Shown here piece by piece: positions 56,301 to 64,000 of a stretch of DNA of 64,000 bases. This DNA comes from an uncultured Methanosarcinales archaeon (lineage in GTDB: Archaea; Halobacteriota; Methanosarcinia; Methanotrichales; Methanotrichaceae), in the NCBI GenBank assembly GCA_963843555.1, contig CAWJKV010000009.1:1-64000 (forward strand). Reading direction: 5' to 3'. Position 1 is the stretch's first letter. Each line of letters begins with the position of its first letter. Position numbers and translations under genes: made by a program. The notes under the pieces were generated by a model that saw nothing but the letters and a program-made list of their open reading frames with translations, had not been told where the DNA came from and made no database searches.

Positions 56301-56483
56301 ATATGATAATCCTCCAATAATGCTTCTACTAATCTCACGTTTACAGTATTTGATCTTCTATAAAACTGTTTCCCAAAGATACGGCAGCACAAGATTGTTC
56401 TGGGGAGAGGATCGACGGAGCTGCCAGCAACTATAAGTACTTGAAGATCACACAAGGGCGCTAACCGTATTGAGGAATCAAAA

Positions 56484-56678
56484 ATGGTAAATGGAACAGT
56501 AAAGTTTTTCAACAGAGTCAAGAGCTTTGGATTCATCGCAGGCGACGACGGTAAGGACTATTTTGTTCACGTAACTGGCTTGAAGCCCGGTGTCACAATC
56601 GATGAGGGTGACAAGGTAAGCTTCGAGGTCATTGAGGGCGAGAAAGGCCCCAAGGCTGACAAAGTAGAGAAACAGTAG
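56484..56678 (+). CDS. Cold-shock domain protein (CspA family)
   Basis: GTVKFFN, KSFGFI (RNP1), YFVH (RNP2), GEKGPKA. Confidence 0.92.
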   Translation: MVNGTVKFFNRVKSFGFIAGDDGKDYFVHVTGLKPGVTIDEGDKVSFEVIEGEKGPKADKVEKQ

Positions 56679-56888
56679 ATACTCGCAGTTGAAACCAATA
56701 GGGATGCAATAGGGAAGCCGAGAGGCTTTTCTATTAATATCTTCTATTCTAACCAATACCTTTCTTTTTATTCTGGTGCTATTCAACCGTCCTGGTTATT
56801 TATTGGCTCTTATCACGGATAGCTATCCGAACCGGCCCTACCAGCAGACATCTCCAATGCTTTGGCAATTTTCCACGAAATTCCAATA

Positions 56889-57842
56889 TTATTTGAGATC
56901 GGTATCCAGCGGTTTCGCACACGCTTTCCCATCAGGTAGGATCACAGATACTGCAATGGATGCGACCAGTATGAAGACGATTACCCCCAGAGCGATGACC
57001 GCCGGGATCTCTATGAACCCGGAAGCAAGCATCTTGGCACCTACAAAGATGAGGATGAGCGTGACTCCCTGGTTCAGGTAACGAAACATAGCCATGCATC
57101 CGGCCAGGGCGAAGTAGAGGGCGCGCAGGCCCAGGATGGAGAAGATATTGGAGGTGTAAACGATTGCAGGATTGAGGGTGATTCCGAGGATGGCAGGAAC
57201 GGAGTCAAAGGCGAAGAGTACATCAGACGTCTCGATTACGAGAAGAACGATAAAGAGAGGCGTCACAAAGCGCTTGCCGTTTTTGCTGATGATGAAATTG
57301 CCGTCCCCATAATCCTCTGTGGTGGGCAGGAATCTCTTGCAAAGCCGGAGGACGGGATTTCTTCCCACATCCATCGGTTCCTCGTCCTTTCGGAGAGCCA
57401 GTTTCAGGCCGCTTACCAGGAGAAACGCTCCAAAGAGATAGACCACCCATTGGAACCTGTCGATAAGCTCAATGCCGGCAATTATGAATATGCCTCGCAT
57501 TACCAGGGCAGCGATGATGCCCCAGAAGAGGATTTTGTACTGATGAATGCTAGGCACCTTGAAGTAGGAGAATATGAGCAGGAAGACAAAGAGGTTGTCG
57601 AAGCTGAGAGTTCTTTCCACCAGGTAGCCTGCCGCAAATTCTATGGCATGCTCTGTACCCATCCAGAAATAGACGAGCAGGTTGAAGGCAATTGCGACAA
57701 TCAGCCAAATGCCGCTCCAGGTCAGAGCCTCTTTGATACCTACTTCATGAGATTTTTTATGAAAAACGCCCAGATCCAAAGCAAAAAGAATCAGAATTGC
57801 GGCTCCAAAAACGACCCATAGCATTGCCTCGTGGCTAATCAA
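56889..57842 (-). CDS. TerC/Alx family membrane protein
   Basis: ERTLSFDNLFVF, LFWGI, IETSDVLFAFDSVPA, SNIFSILGLRALYF. Confidence 0.92.
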   Translation of the reverse strand: MISHEAMLWVVFGAAILILFALDLGVFHKKSHEVGIKEALTWSGIWLIVAIAFNLLVYFWMGTEHAIEFAAGYLVERTLSFDNLFVFLLIFSYFKVPSIHQYKILFWGIIAALVMRGIFIIAGIELIDRFQWVVYLFGAFLLVSGLKLALRKDEEPMDVGRNPVLRLCKRFLPTTEDYGDGNFIISKNGKRFVTPLFIVLLVIETSDVLFAFDSVPAILGITLNPAIVYTSNIFSILGLRALYFALAGCMAMFRYLNQGVTLILIFVGAKMLASGFIEIPAVIALGVIVFILVASIAVSVILPDGKACAKPLDTDLK

Positions 57843-58002
57843 TATCTTTATCCCCCAAAGAATACTGCCAGCGTCTTAATGCGTTTTTTCTTCATACTAT
57901 TTCTATTTTTTTATGAAATTTCATACTCGACCAGGTGCAATTCGTTTTCAGATAGAATTCTCTGGCTACAAGAACTTTTCTCTACAAATGCCGTGTTTCT
58001 TC

Positions 58003-58607
58003 TCAGAACATGTCGGCAAACGCAGGTGACATGACGGCAGAGAGCATGAATGAGAGGCCGATCAGCAAGAAGACGACTCCTGCAATTCTGGTAACCTGCT
58101 TCCTATCGATTCTGCTGGAGAGGAGCTTGCCCAGGTAGATCGCCATGGCTGATAGGATCAAGAGAGCAGTCATGACTCCAATGAAGACCATGATGGGTTC
58201 ATACTCTGCAGCAAAAAGGGCAGAGGCAATTTGGGTCTTATCCCCCCATTCCGAGAGGAAGATCATGGTAAATCCGGATACAAATGCACTCCTGGGAGAT
58301 ATGGAGCTCTCCCGTTCCTCTTCTTGTTCACCCCTCAAGATCATTATGCCAAAGAGTGATGAACACCGCACCCGATATCAATTTTGCCAGATGGAGGGGA
58401 ATGACATTGGTCACCCAGGAACCCACCAGAATGGCGAATCCGTCTACCAGTAAGAACGCGAGCATGATGCCGGCCAAGCAGTCGCGCATACTCCCGGGTC
58501 CGGGAGGACAGGAGGAGCACGGAAAGCTGAGTCTTATCGCCCATCTCGGCAAGGCCCACGGCGAGCAGCGGGATTATTATATCGTTCATTGGAGCGATTT
58601 CAGACAC
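58003..58607 (-). CDS. TMEM165/GDT1 (UPF0016) Ca2+/Mn2+ exporter; frameshifted
   Basis: Two family motifs, LAEMGDKTQ and LSEWGDKTQ, in different frames. Confidence 0.88.
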
Positions 58608-58613
58608 CTTTTG

Positions 58614-60422
58614 TTACCTTCCCCAGAAAGGATCCTTCTTGCGCTTGATCTCCAGGAAATCCTCCAGCACCTCGCGTTCATCCTCGGCAAGCTTCGGCTT
58701 CAGCTCCAGCTCTACGATGCGAGCGTGCTTTTCCGGAATATTGACATAAAGGATATCGCCTTCATGGATCTGGCGCCCTACTGTTGGCCCGTCGATGGAT
58801 ATGGCCACTTCCTGGCCGACGGTTGCCGATCCCTGGTTCTCGTTATGGGCCTGGATTCCTTTTACCACGCCCACGTTAGCACCGTCCTCTCGCATGAGAT
58901 TGACCTGAGTCCTGACTATTCCACCGATGACCTGAACGCCAACTACTGCCGGCTTGGACTGGCGAAATACGCAGTCCGGCAGGATTCGCACTGCGCCAGG
59001 CCGGATAACCGCTTCCAGGCGCGCCTGTTCAATCTTAATCTTCTGGTCTTCGACCCAGTGCTCATAGTTCTCAATGATCGAGTAGATGATCTCGCTGGAA
59101 AAGACGGGCACATTGGTCTTCTGGATTTCGGTGATGGCATCGGGCAGAATATCCACGTTGAAACCCAGGATGGCCGAAAGCAATGGATCGTTGATAGCAG
59201 CGGCCCGAATCACGTCCCGTCTTGATACTGGCCCCACATCGGCATAGTGTATGTGTATGTCTCTCGCTTTCAGCTCGCCCACCAAAGCCTCCAGCGAGCC
59301 GAGGGTGTCCGATTTGAGAATTACGCCTTCGTTTTCTGTATCAATCCTGACAGCTTCCAGCTCTGATTTCAATTCCTTGGATAAGATTTCGACCTCATCC
59401 TGGGAAGAGACCACCCGAATGGTTGATCCCGCCAGAGCGTTATCGAGCTTTGGTGCCGATATCTTGACACCAGAGGCTGCAGCAACATGCTTCACAGGCA
59501 AAAATCGCTCTTCGCTCCGGATCTCAGACATCGGCTTGGGCTTGAGCAGGGCTCTTATCTTTGTGACCACCGGTTCGTGGGCCGTGCCCACAATTACCGT
59601 ATCCCCGGAGTTGAACTCTCCATTGTAGAGGATGACATCCAGGGTCACGCCCAGGCCCTTCTCCTCCTTGACCTCCAGAATTGTGCCCACGCCCGGGCCC
59701 GAGGCGGTGAGCTTCAGATTGTCTTTCAGGAACCTCTGAGCCAATCCCACCAAAATCATGAGAAGATCCGGCACGCCTTCACCAGTGATGGCGCTGATGG
59801 GCACGATTCCCACCGTTCTTGTGAAATCTCCGATCCGATCGTACCGGTCCCCGTCGAATCCATATTTGTAGAGCTCTCCCACCAGCTCGTAGAACCTTGT
59901 TTCCAGCACATCTGTGACTCTCTCATTTTGCGCTTTGAGGCTCGTGGCAAATGGGGCATTGGCTACAGGGTGCCAGCCGCCGATGCGATCCATCTTGTTG
60001 GCAGCGACCACAAAGGGAGTCTTATAACGCTTGAGAATGTTGAGCGATTCGATGGTTTGGGGCTGAAAGCCCTCATTTATATCCACAATCAGCACGGCCA
60101 GATCTGCCAGAGAGCCGCCACGACTGCGCATGGAGGTAAATGCATGGTGTCCTGGCGTGTCGATGAATAGCAGTCCGGGAATTTGCATCTCCTTCCCGAA
60201 GTGCGACCCGCAGAAATCCTGGATGACATTCAACGGGACCTCTGTGGCTCCGATGTGCTGGGTGATAAGTCCGGCCTCCCCTTTGGCTACGGCCGTTCCC
60301 CTAATCTTATCCAAGAGCGTGGTCTTGCCGTGATCCACATGCCCCATCACCACTACGATAGGAGTTCTGAGGTTGGATTCATTGCCCTTCGTTTTGCTGG
60401 TTTTTTTTGACTTCTGTTGCAT
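58614..60422 (-). CDS. infB: Translation initiation factor aIF5B (IF-2)
   Basis: GHVDHGKT, ITQHIGA, DTPGH, NKMD, DTLGSLEAL. Confidence 0.96.
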   Translation of the reverse strand: MQQKSKKTSKTKGNESNLRTPIVVVMGHVDHGKTTLLDKIRGTAVAKGEAGLITQHIGATEVPLNVIQDFCGSHFGKEMQIPGLLFIDTPGHHAFTSMRSRGGSLADLAVLIVDINEGFQPQTIESLNILKRYKTPFVVAANKMDRIGGWHPVANAPFATSLKAQNERVTDVLETRFYELVGELYKYGFDGDRYDRIGDFTRTVGIVPISAITGEGVPDLLMILVGLAQRFLKDNLKLTASGPGVGTILEVKEEKGLGVTLDVILYNGEFNSGDTVIVGTAHEPVVTKIRALLKPKPMSEIRSEERFLPVKHVAAASGVKISAPKLDNALAGSTIRVVSSQDEVEILSKELKSELEAVRIDTENEGVILKSDTLGSLEALVGELKARDIHIHYADVGPVSRRDVIRAAAINDPLLSAILGFNVDILPDAITEIQKTNVPVFSSEIIYSIIENYEHWVEDQKIKIEQARLEAVIRPGAVRILPDCVFRQSKPAVVGVQVIGGIVRTQVNLMREDGANVGVVKGIQAHNENQGSATVGQEVAISIDGPTVGRQIHEGDILYVNIPEKHARIVELELKPKLAEDEREVLEDFLEIKRKKDPFWGR

Positions 60423-60524
60423 ACAGATCGCTTCTCGGGAAACAGTAACTCTAAAAAATGGTTTTATTTTTTGAGAACTTAAAGGCTCTCATGAGACGGG
60501 GGCAGAAATGCGTTCCGCCCGAAC

Positions 60525-60983
60525 TTACTCATAGAGCCATTCTTCGTCGATTCGCTTGAAGGTCACCAGTTCGTCAGCATTGAAGTGGAGAGCTATCTCG
60601 CGAGCTGCGGACGTGACTGAATCTGAGCCGTGCACGACATTTCGTCCGGTTTCAATTCCATAGTCTCCTCGAATGGTCCCTGGAACTGCATCCACCGGAT
60701 TGGTAGCGCCGTTCATTTTCCTCATGGCCGCAACTGCGCCCCTTCCTTCTACCACCAGTGAGACCGAAGGTCCAGAGGTGATGAAATCCACCAGATCCTG
60801 GTAGAACTTCTTGCCCACATGTTCAGCGTAGTGCTCCTTGGCTTTCTCCACGGGCATCAGGGTCAGCTTCATAGCTACAATCTTGAAGCCTTTCTCCTCG
60901 ATGCGTTGCAGTATCTTGCCCACCAGTCCACGCTGCACTCCATCTGGTTTGACCATGACGAAGGTTCTCTCGTTCTCAGCCAG
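60525..60983 (-). CDS. ndk: Nucleoside diphosphate kinase; apparent CTG start
   Basis: ERTFVMVKPDGVQRG, PGTIRGD, NVVHGSDS. Confidence 0.93.
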   Translation of the reverse strand: MAENERTFVMVKPDGVQRGLVGKILQRIEEKGFKIVAMKLTLMPVEKAKEHYAEHVGKKFYQDLVDFITSGPSVSLVVEGRGAVAAMRKMNGATNPVDAVPGTIRGDYGIETGRNVVHGSDSVTSAAREIALHFNADELVTFKRIDEEWLYE

Positions 60984-60986
60984 GTC

Positions 60987-61157
60987 TTATGCCCCCTTTC
61001 TGGCCCACTTGATTCTTCTCGTTACTCGCCCCAGGGCAACATTATTCTCGCACTTGGCTGAGCAGAAATAAAAGACGGTTCCGTCCTTTTTGGCATAGAG
61101 CTTGCCTGTGCCCGGCTCGATGGTCTTGCTGCAGAAGGTACATTTTCTCTCTTCCAT
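60987..61157 (-). CDS. rpl24e: 50S ribosomal protein L24e (not in the ORF track)
   Basis: Hand translation: [56 protein letters not shown]. Confidence 0.93.
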   Translation of the reverse strand: MEERKCTFCSKTIEPGTGKLYAKKDGTVFYFCSAKCENNVALGRVTRRIKWARKGA

Positions 61158-61163
61158 CTTTCT

Positions 61164-61376
61164 TCACCTGCTGGTAAGCTTCTTGGCCTCTCTGGCAGTC
61201 TCCAGCAGCATCAGAACATCGCCGATGCGGATGGGTCCCATGCTGTTCCTGGTGATGATGCGGCCCTTGTTATTGCCTTCCAGGATACGACACTTGATCT
61301 GCATAGCCTCGCCATGCATGCCAGTGACGCCGATGACCTCGATGACCTCTGCCGGTATGCCGTTATCATCCTCCAT
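61164..61376 (-). CDS. rps28e: 30S ribosomal protein S28e
   Basis: [34 protein letters not shown]. Confidence 0.95.
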   Translation of the reverse strand: MEDDNGIPAEVIEVIGVTGMHGEAMQIKCRILEGNNKGRIITRNSMGPIRIGDVLMLLETAREAKKLTSR

Positions 61377-61386
61377 CGGATATCAC

Positions 61387-61755
61387 CTACTTCAGAGCTG
61401 CGACTTTTTGGACGATTTCATCCAACAGTTCTTTTCCCTTTCCAGGCTCTACGATTGCTGCAGCTGCGCTCTTTACACCCAAACCGGCGGCAGCTCCTAG
61501 CTCGCTCTGCTTCTTGACATAGATATAGGGAGTCTTCTTCTCTTCGCAAAGAGCCGGAATATGAGCTACAATCTCAGGGGGCTGAACATCTTCGCCGACG
61601 ATTACCAGGCGGGCCACACCGCGCTCGATGGCCTTGGTAGCCTCGTTGGTCCCTTTCTTTATTCTGCCAGTATCACGAGCCAGCTCAAGGGCCTCGAGAG
61701 ATTTCGTGGCCAGCTCTGCTGGAACATCAAACCTAACATATATTGGTCTTGCCAT
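61387..61755 (-). CDS. rpl7ae: 50S ribosomal protein L7Ae
   Basis: [41 protein letters not shown] at 61755 after AAGGAG. Confidence 0.95.
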   Translation of the reverse strand: MARPIYVRFDVPAELATKSLEALELARDTGRIKKGTNEATKAIERGVARLVIVGEDVQPPEIVAHIPALCEEKKTPYIYVKKQSELGAAAGLGVKSAAAAIVEPGKGKELLDEIVQKVAALK

Positions 61756-61862
61756 AATTAATTCTCCTTCCGGGCCAGTTCGCCCATCATCATTCATCGC
61801 AAAAGCGCCTTTCAGATCAGACCTTTCAGATCAGCCTGAAGCTCCACATGTAAAAAGGTTGC
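61756..61862 (-). promoter_or_regulatory. Promoter and 5' leader of the L7Ae operon with box C/box D-like words
   Basis: AACCTTTTTA (BRE/TATA-like), two copies of CTGATCTGAAAGG, ATGATGA, and a gggc-gaactg-gccc hairpin before the RBS. Confidence 0.55.
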
Positions 61863-61863
61863 G

Positions 61864-62733
61864 CTAGGGCGCGAGAAGGCCTACCAGCACATTTTGAAGA
61901 TTTTCCTTTGCCACAGATCCTGATAGTTCTGCATCAGACCCGACCATAGAATAGCTGAGATTGTTATTCTCGGCGATTTCCGACGCCTTCTGGTTCACAC
62001 TTTCCGTGGGCTGAAGATACTTGGCGTACAGATCGAAGCCACTGGCCTGATCCGTTGGTGCGCTTACGCCCAGGTAAAACTCTCTGTATCCGCCGGAAAG
62101 GGGCATACTCGCACCGCCACTGCCGAGAGCCCCCACCTGCAGATCAGCTTCGCCATCGTCAACAAGAGTGAAGTTACCTGCGGGCTGGCTTCCAGAGATC
62201 ACATCTATGACTTGTCTTGTCGCGTCCTGCGACCCGAAGAGGATGGGCTTGCCCATGACTTTCACATATTCTGAGCCGGATGTTATGGGTATCATCATAT
62301 AATCCTGGTAAGGTATGACAAGTCCGCTGGTGCTCGCGGGGAAGGGTCGAACCCAGTGGAATTCCTCCATTGTATTGTTGAAATAGATCTCAGCCAGCCT
62401 TTCGATCTCATTAGGATAAATCTGGGATCCATAGGTCAGGCCTAAGGATTGGGGAAGAGCGGCTCGGGCCGCATCGGTCAGATTCTGCGATGGAGTCATA
62501 TTGATCCAATATGCCATCACAGTGCTCTGCGGTGACATCTCCAGGACGTCTTGCAGTCCATCGAAATTCCAGTCCACCAGGCGGCCCTGCACCCCAAAGG
62601 TCTGCAAGGAATCGGGGGTGGATACCACAATAGCCTCATTCTGGTTGCTGCCTCTGAGCACGAAACCTGCAAAGGCGGAGATTACCATAATAGCGCCTAC
62701 GAAGATAGCGAAAGCTTTCGAATTCATCCGCAA
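61864..62733 (-). CDS. Hypothetical protein with an N-terminal membrane anchor
   Basis: 289-aa ORF with KAFAIFVGAIMVISAFAGFVL. Confidence 0.7.
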   Translation of the reverse strand: MRMNSKAFAIFVGAIMVISAFAGFVLRGSNQNEAIVVSTPDSLQTFGVQGRLVDWNFDGLQDVLEMSPQSTVMAYWINMTPSQNLTDAARAALPQSLGLTYGSQIYPNEIERLAEIYFNNTMEEFHWVRPFPASTSGLVIPYQDYMMIPITSGSEYVKVMGKPILFGSQDATRQVIDVISGSQPAGNFTLVDDGEADLQVGALGSGGASMPLSGGYREFYLGVSAPTDQASGFDLYAKYLQPTESVNQKASEIAENNNLSYSMVGSDAELSGSVAKENLQNVLVGLLAP

Positions 62734-62754
62734 TTCTCACGGGACTATTATTAT

Positions 62755-64000
62755 TTAACTTTTCTCTGAGGGCCAGAGCGGTTCGTCCTGAATATAGCTC
62801 CGTTTCAAGGCAAGGGCAATCTCCGCCTTCTCCAGTTCGCGGCCCAGGTACCCGGCATGGTCCAGTCGCTTGACCAACCCCATATCGATCAGAGTGTTCA
62901 GGATCTCCTTCGCACCGATGCCTGCCACAGTTACGCTGCCGTTTCCGGCCAGGATCCTTCCCTGGGCGAGGAGTATTCTGAAGCTTCCTGCACTGTCTGG
63001 TTCGAATTTGTGCTCATTTCCGGCTTGCATGAACTCCCTTGGCATTGGCTCTTCCGGAAGGTGTCGCTTCTCCTTCGAGATCAAGAGGTCAAGGCCCAGG
63101 TCTTTTGGCGGCGTTTTGCGCCATTGGGCTAGGATCATCATTCGCGAGGCAACAGCGAGTTCATGCACGCTTCCCCGGGCTTTTGCGCTGTACTCAGGAG
63201 TGAAGAGCAGCGAGGCCCCCGTCTCAGCTCCCAGAGACGCGAGCAGGGCGTTGGCACCTGCGCTATCGGCATCCAGCAGCTCTGTGACATTGCCCACTCC
63301 AAAGAAGAGTGGTATGGTTGGGTGAGCCTCTCGAAATAGGATGTACTCATGCAGTGAAGTGGCCAGACCCAGGGCAGGTGGATTGAGAACAGGATCGGCG
63401 ATTGCCCGTATTCCATACGCAAGAGCCTTATCCAGGTTCTCCTCCAGGCCGATTGGCCCTGGTCCTGGAATGACCACTGCCGGTATGCCTGCGGCGGCAA
63501 CGGCCTGGCCGACTTTGGGAAGATTCTCGCCGTTAAGGCTCAGGATCAGTTCAGCTCCCGCCTGAATTCCGGCCAAGATCAAATCTGGGACGACTGTATC
63601 CACGCTTACAGGAAGATTGGTGGCCATCTTGGCAGTTTGCAGTGCGGCTGTGACCTGGGAGGGTTCGGCATCAAGGGGGACTCCCAGGTCGATCAGGTCT
63701 GCGCCTTGCTCCTCAAAATAGCTTATTCTCTCCGCCAGGTCCGCGCCATCCAATCGCGTTGCATCTACAATCTCGGCCAGGACCTTCATCCTGGAGCTGC
63801 CGCCGATCTTGACCCCTTTGACCGCCAATTGGGCGGAGGCCATTGCTTCCAGCCTCTCTACCTGGGCGAGAGCATCAGATCTGTCCTTGCCTTCCATCAG
63901 GACGCAGGCGGGGATATTAGGGGAGAGCTCAACCTCATCCAGGTGGCGCAGCACAAATCCCAGGTCCACGGCATGCTTGGGCCCCAGGCGAATCTTGGTC
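62755..64000 (-). CDS. Dihydropteroate synthase-related protein (pterin-binding barrel plus DUF4346-like C-terminus); 5' end outside the window
   Basis: KVLAEIVDA, GADLIDLG, PVSVDT, IADPVL, FFGVGNVTELLDADS, HAGYLGRELEKAE..YIQD. Confidence 0.85.
   Translation of the reverse strand, partial: TKIRLGPKHAVDLGFVLRHLDEVELSPNIPACVLMEGKDRSDALAQVERLEAMASAQLAVKGVKIGGSSRMKVLAEIVDATRLDGADLAERISYFEEQGADLIDLGVPLDAEPSQVTAALQTAKMATNLPVSVDTVVPDLILAGIQAGAELILSLNGENLPKVGQAVAAAGIPAVVIPGPGPIGLEENLDKALAYGIRAIADPVLNPPALGLATSLHEYILFREAHPTIPLFFGVGNVTELLDADSAGANALLASLGAETGASLLFTPEYSAKARGSVHELAVASRMMILAQWRKTPPKDLGLDLLISKEKRHLPEEPMPREFMQAGNEHKFEPDSAGSFRILLAQGRILAGNGSVTVAGIGAKEILNTLIDMGLVKRLDHAGYLGRELEKAEIALALKRSYIQDEPLWPSEKS

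Noticed and set aside
1..64000. tRNA or rRNA genes
   Set aside because: No cloverleaf or rRNA-like segment was recognised in the intergenic regions; this was not verified by covariance search.

Overview
Archaeal chromosomal DNA, most consistent with an acetoclastic Methanothrix (Methanosaeta)-like methanogen. This is an inference from the PAN, thermosome, archaeal MAT, L7Ae-S28e-L24e-ndk-aIF5B operon, a PGF-CTERM protein and DUF11-type surface proteins. Many genes, including essential ones, are split by 1-bp indels, which points to an under-polished long-read assembly. In order, the window holds: (1) two paralogous secreted multicopper-oxidase-related genes with duplicated upstream DNA, separated by a translationally coupled DUF1670-like gene pair whose C-termini resemble a tyrosine-recombinase motif; (2) an ~11-kb surface-glycan locus (GT2s, nucleotide-sugar dehydrogenase, radical SAM, Wzm/Wzt, rmlDACB); (3) housekeeping genes; (4) an 18.7-kb gene for a ~6,200-aa secreted protein with ~39 tandem 369-bp DUF11-type repeats; (5) thermosome, Csp, metal exporters and a ribosomal-protein operon with a candidate kink-turn leader and an apparent CTG start for ndk. 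No rRNA, tRNA, CRISPR array or recognisable transposase was seen.
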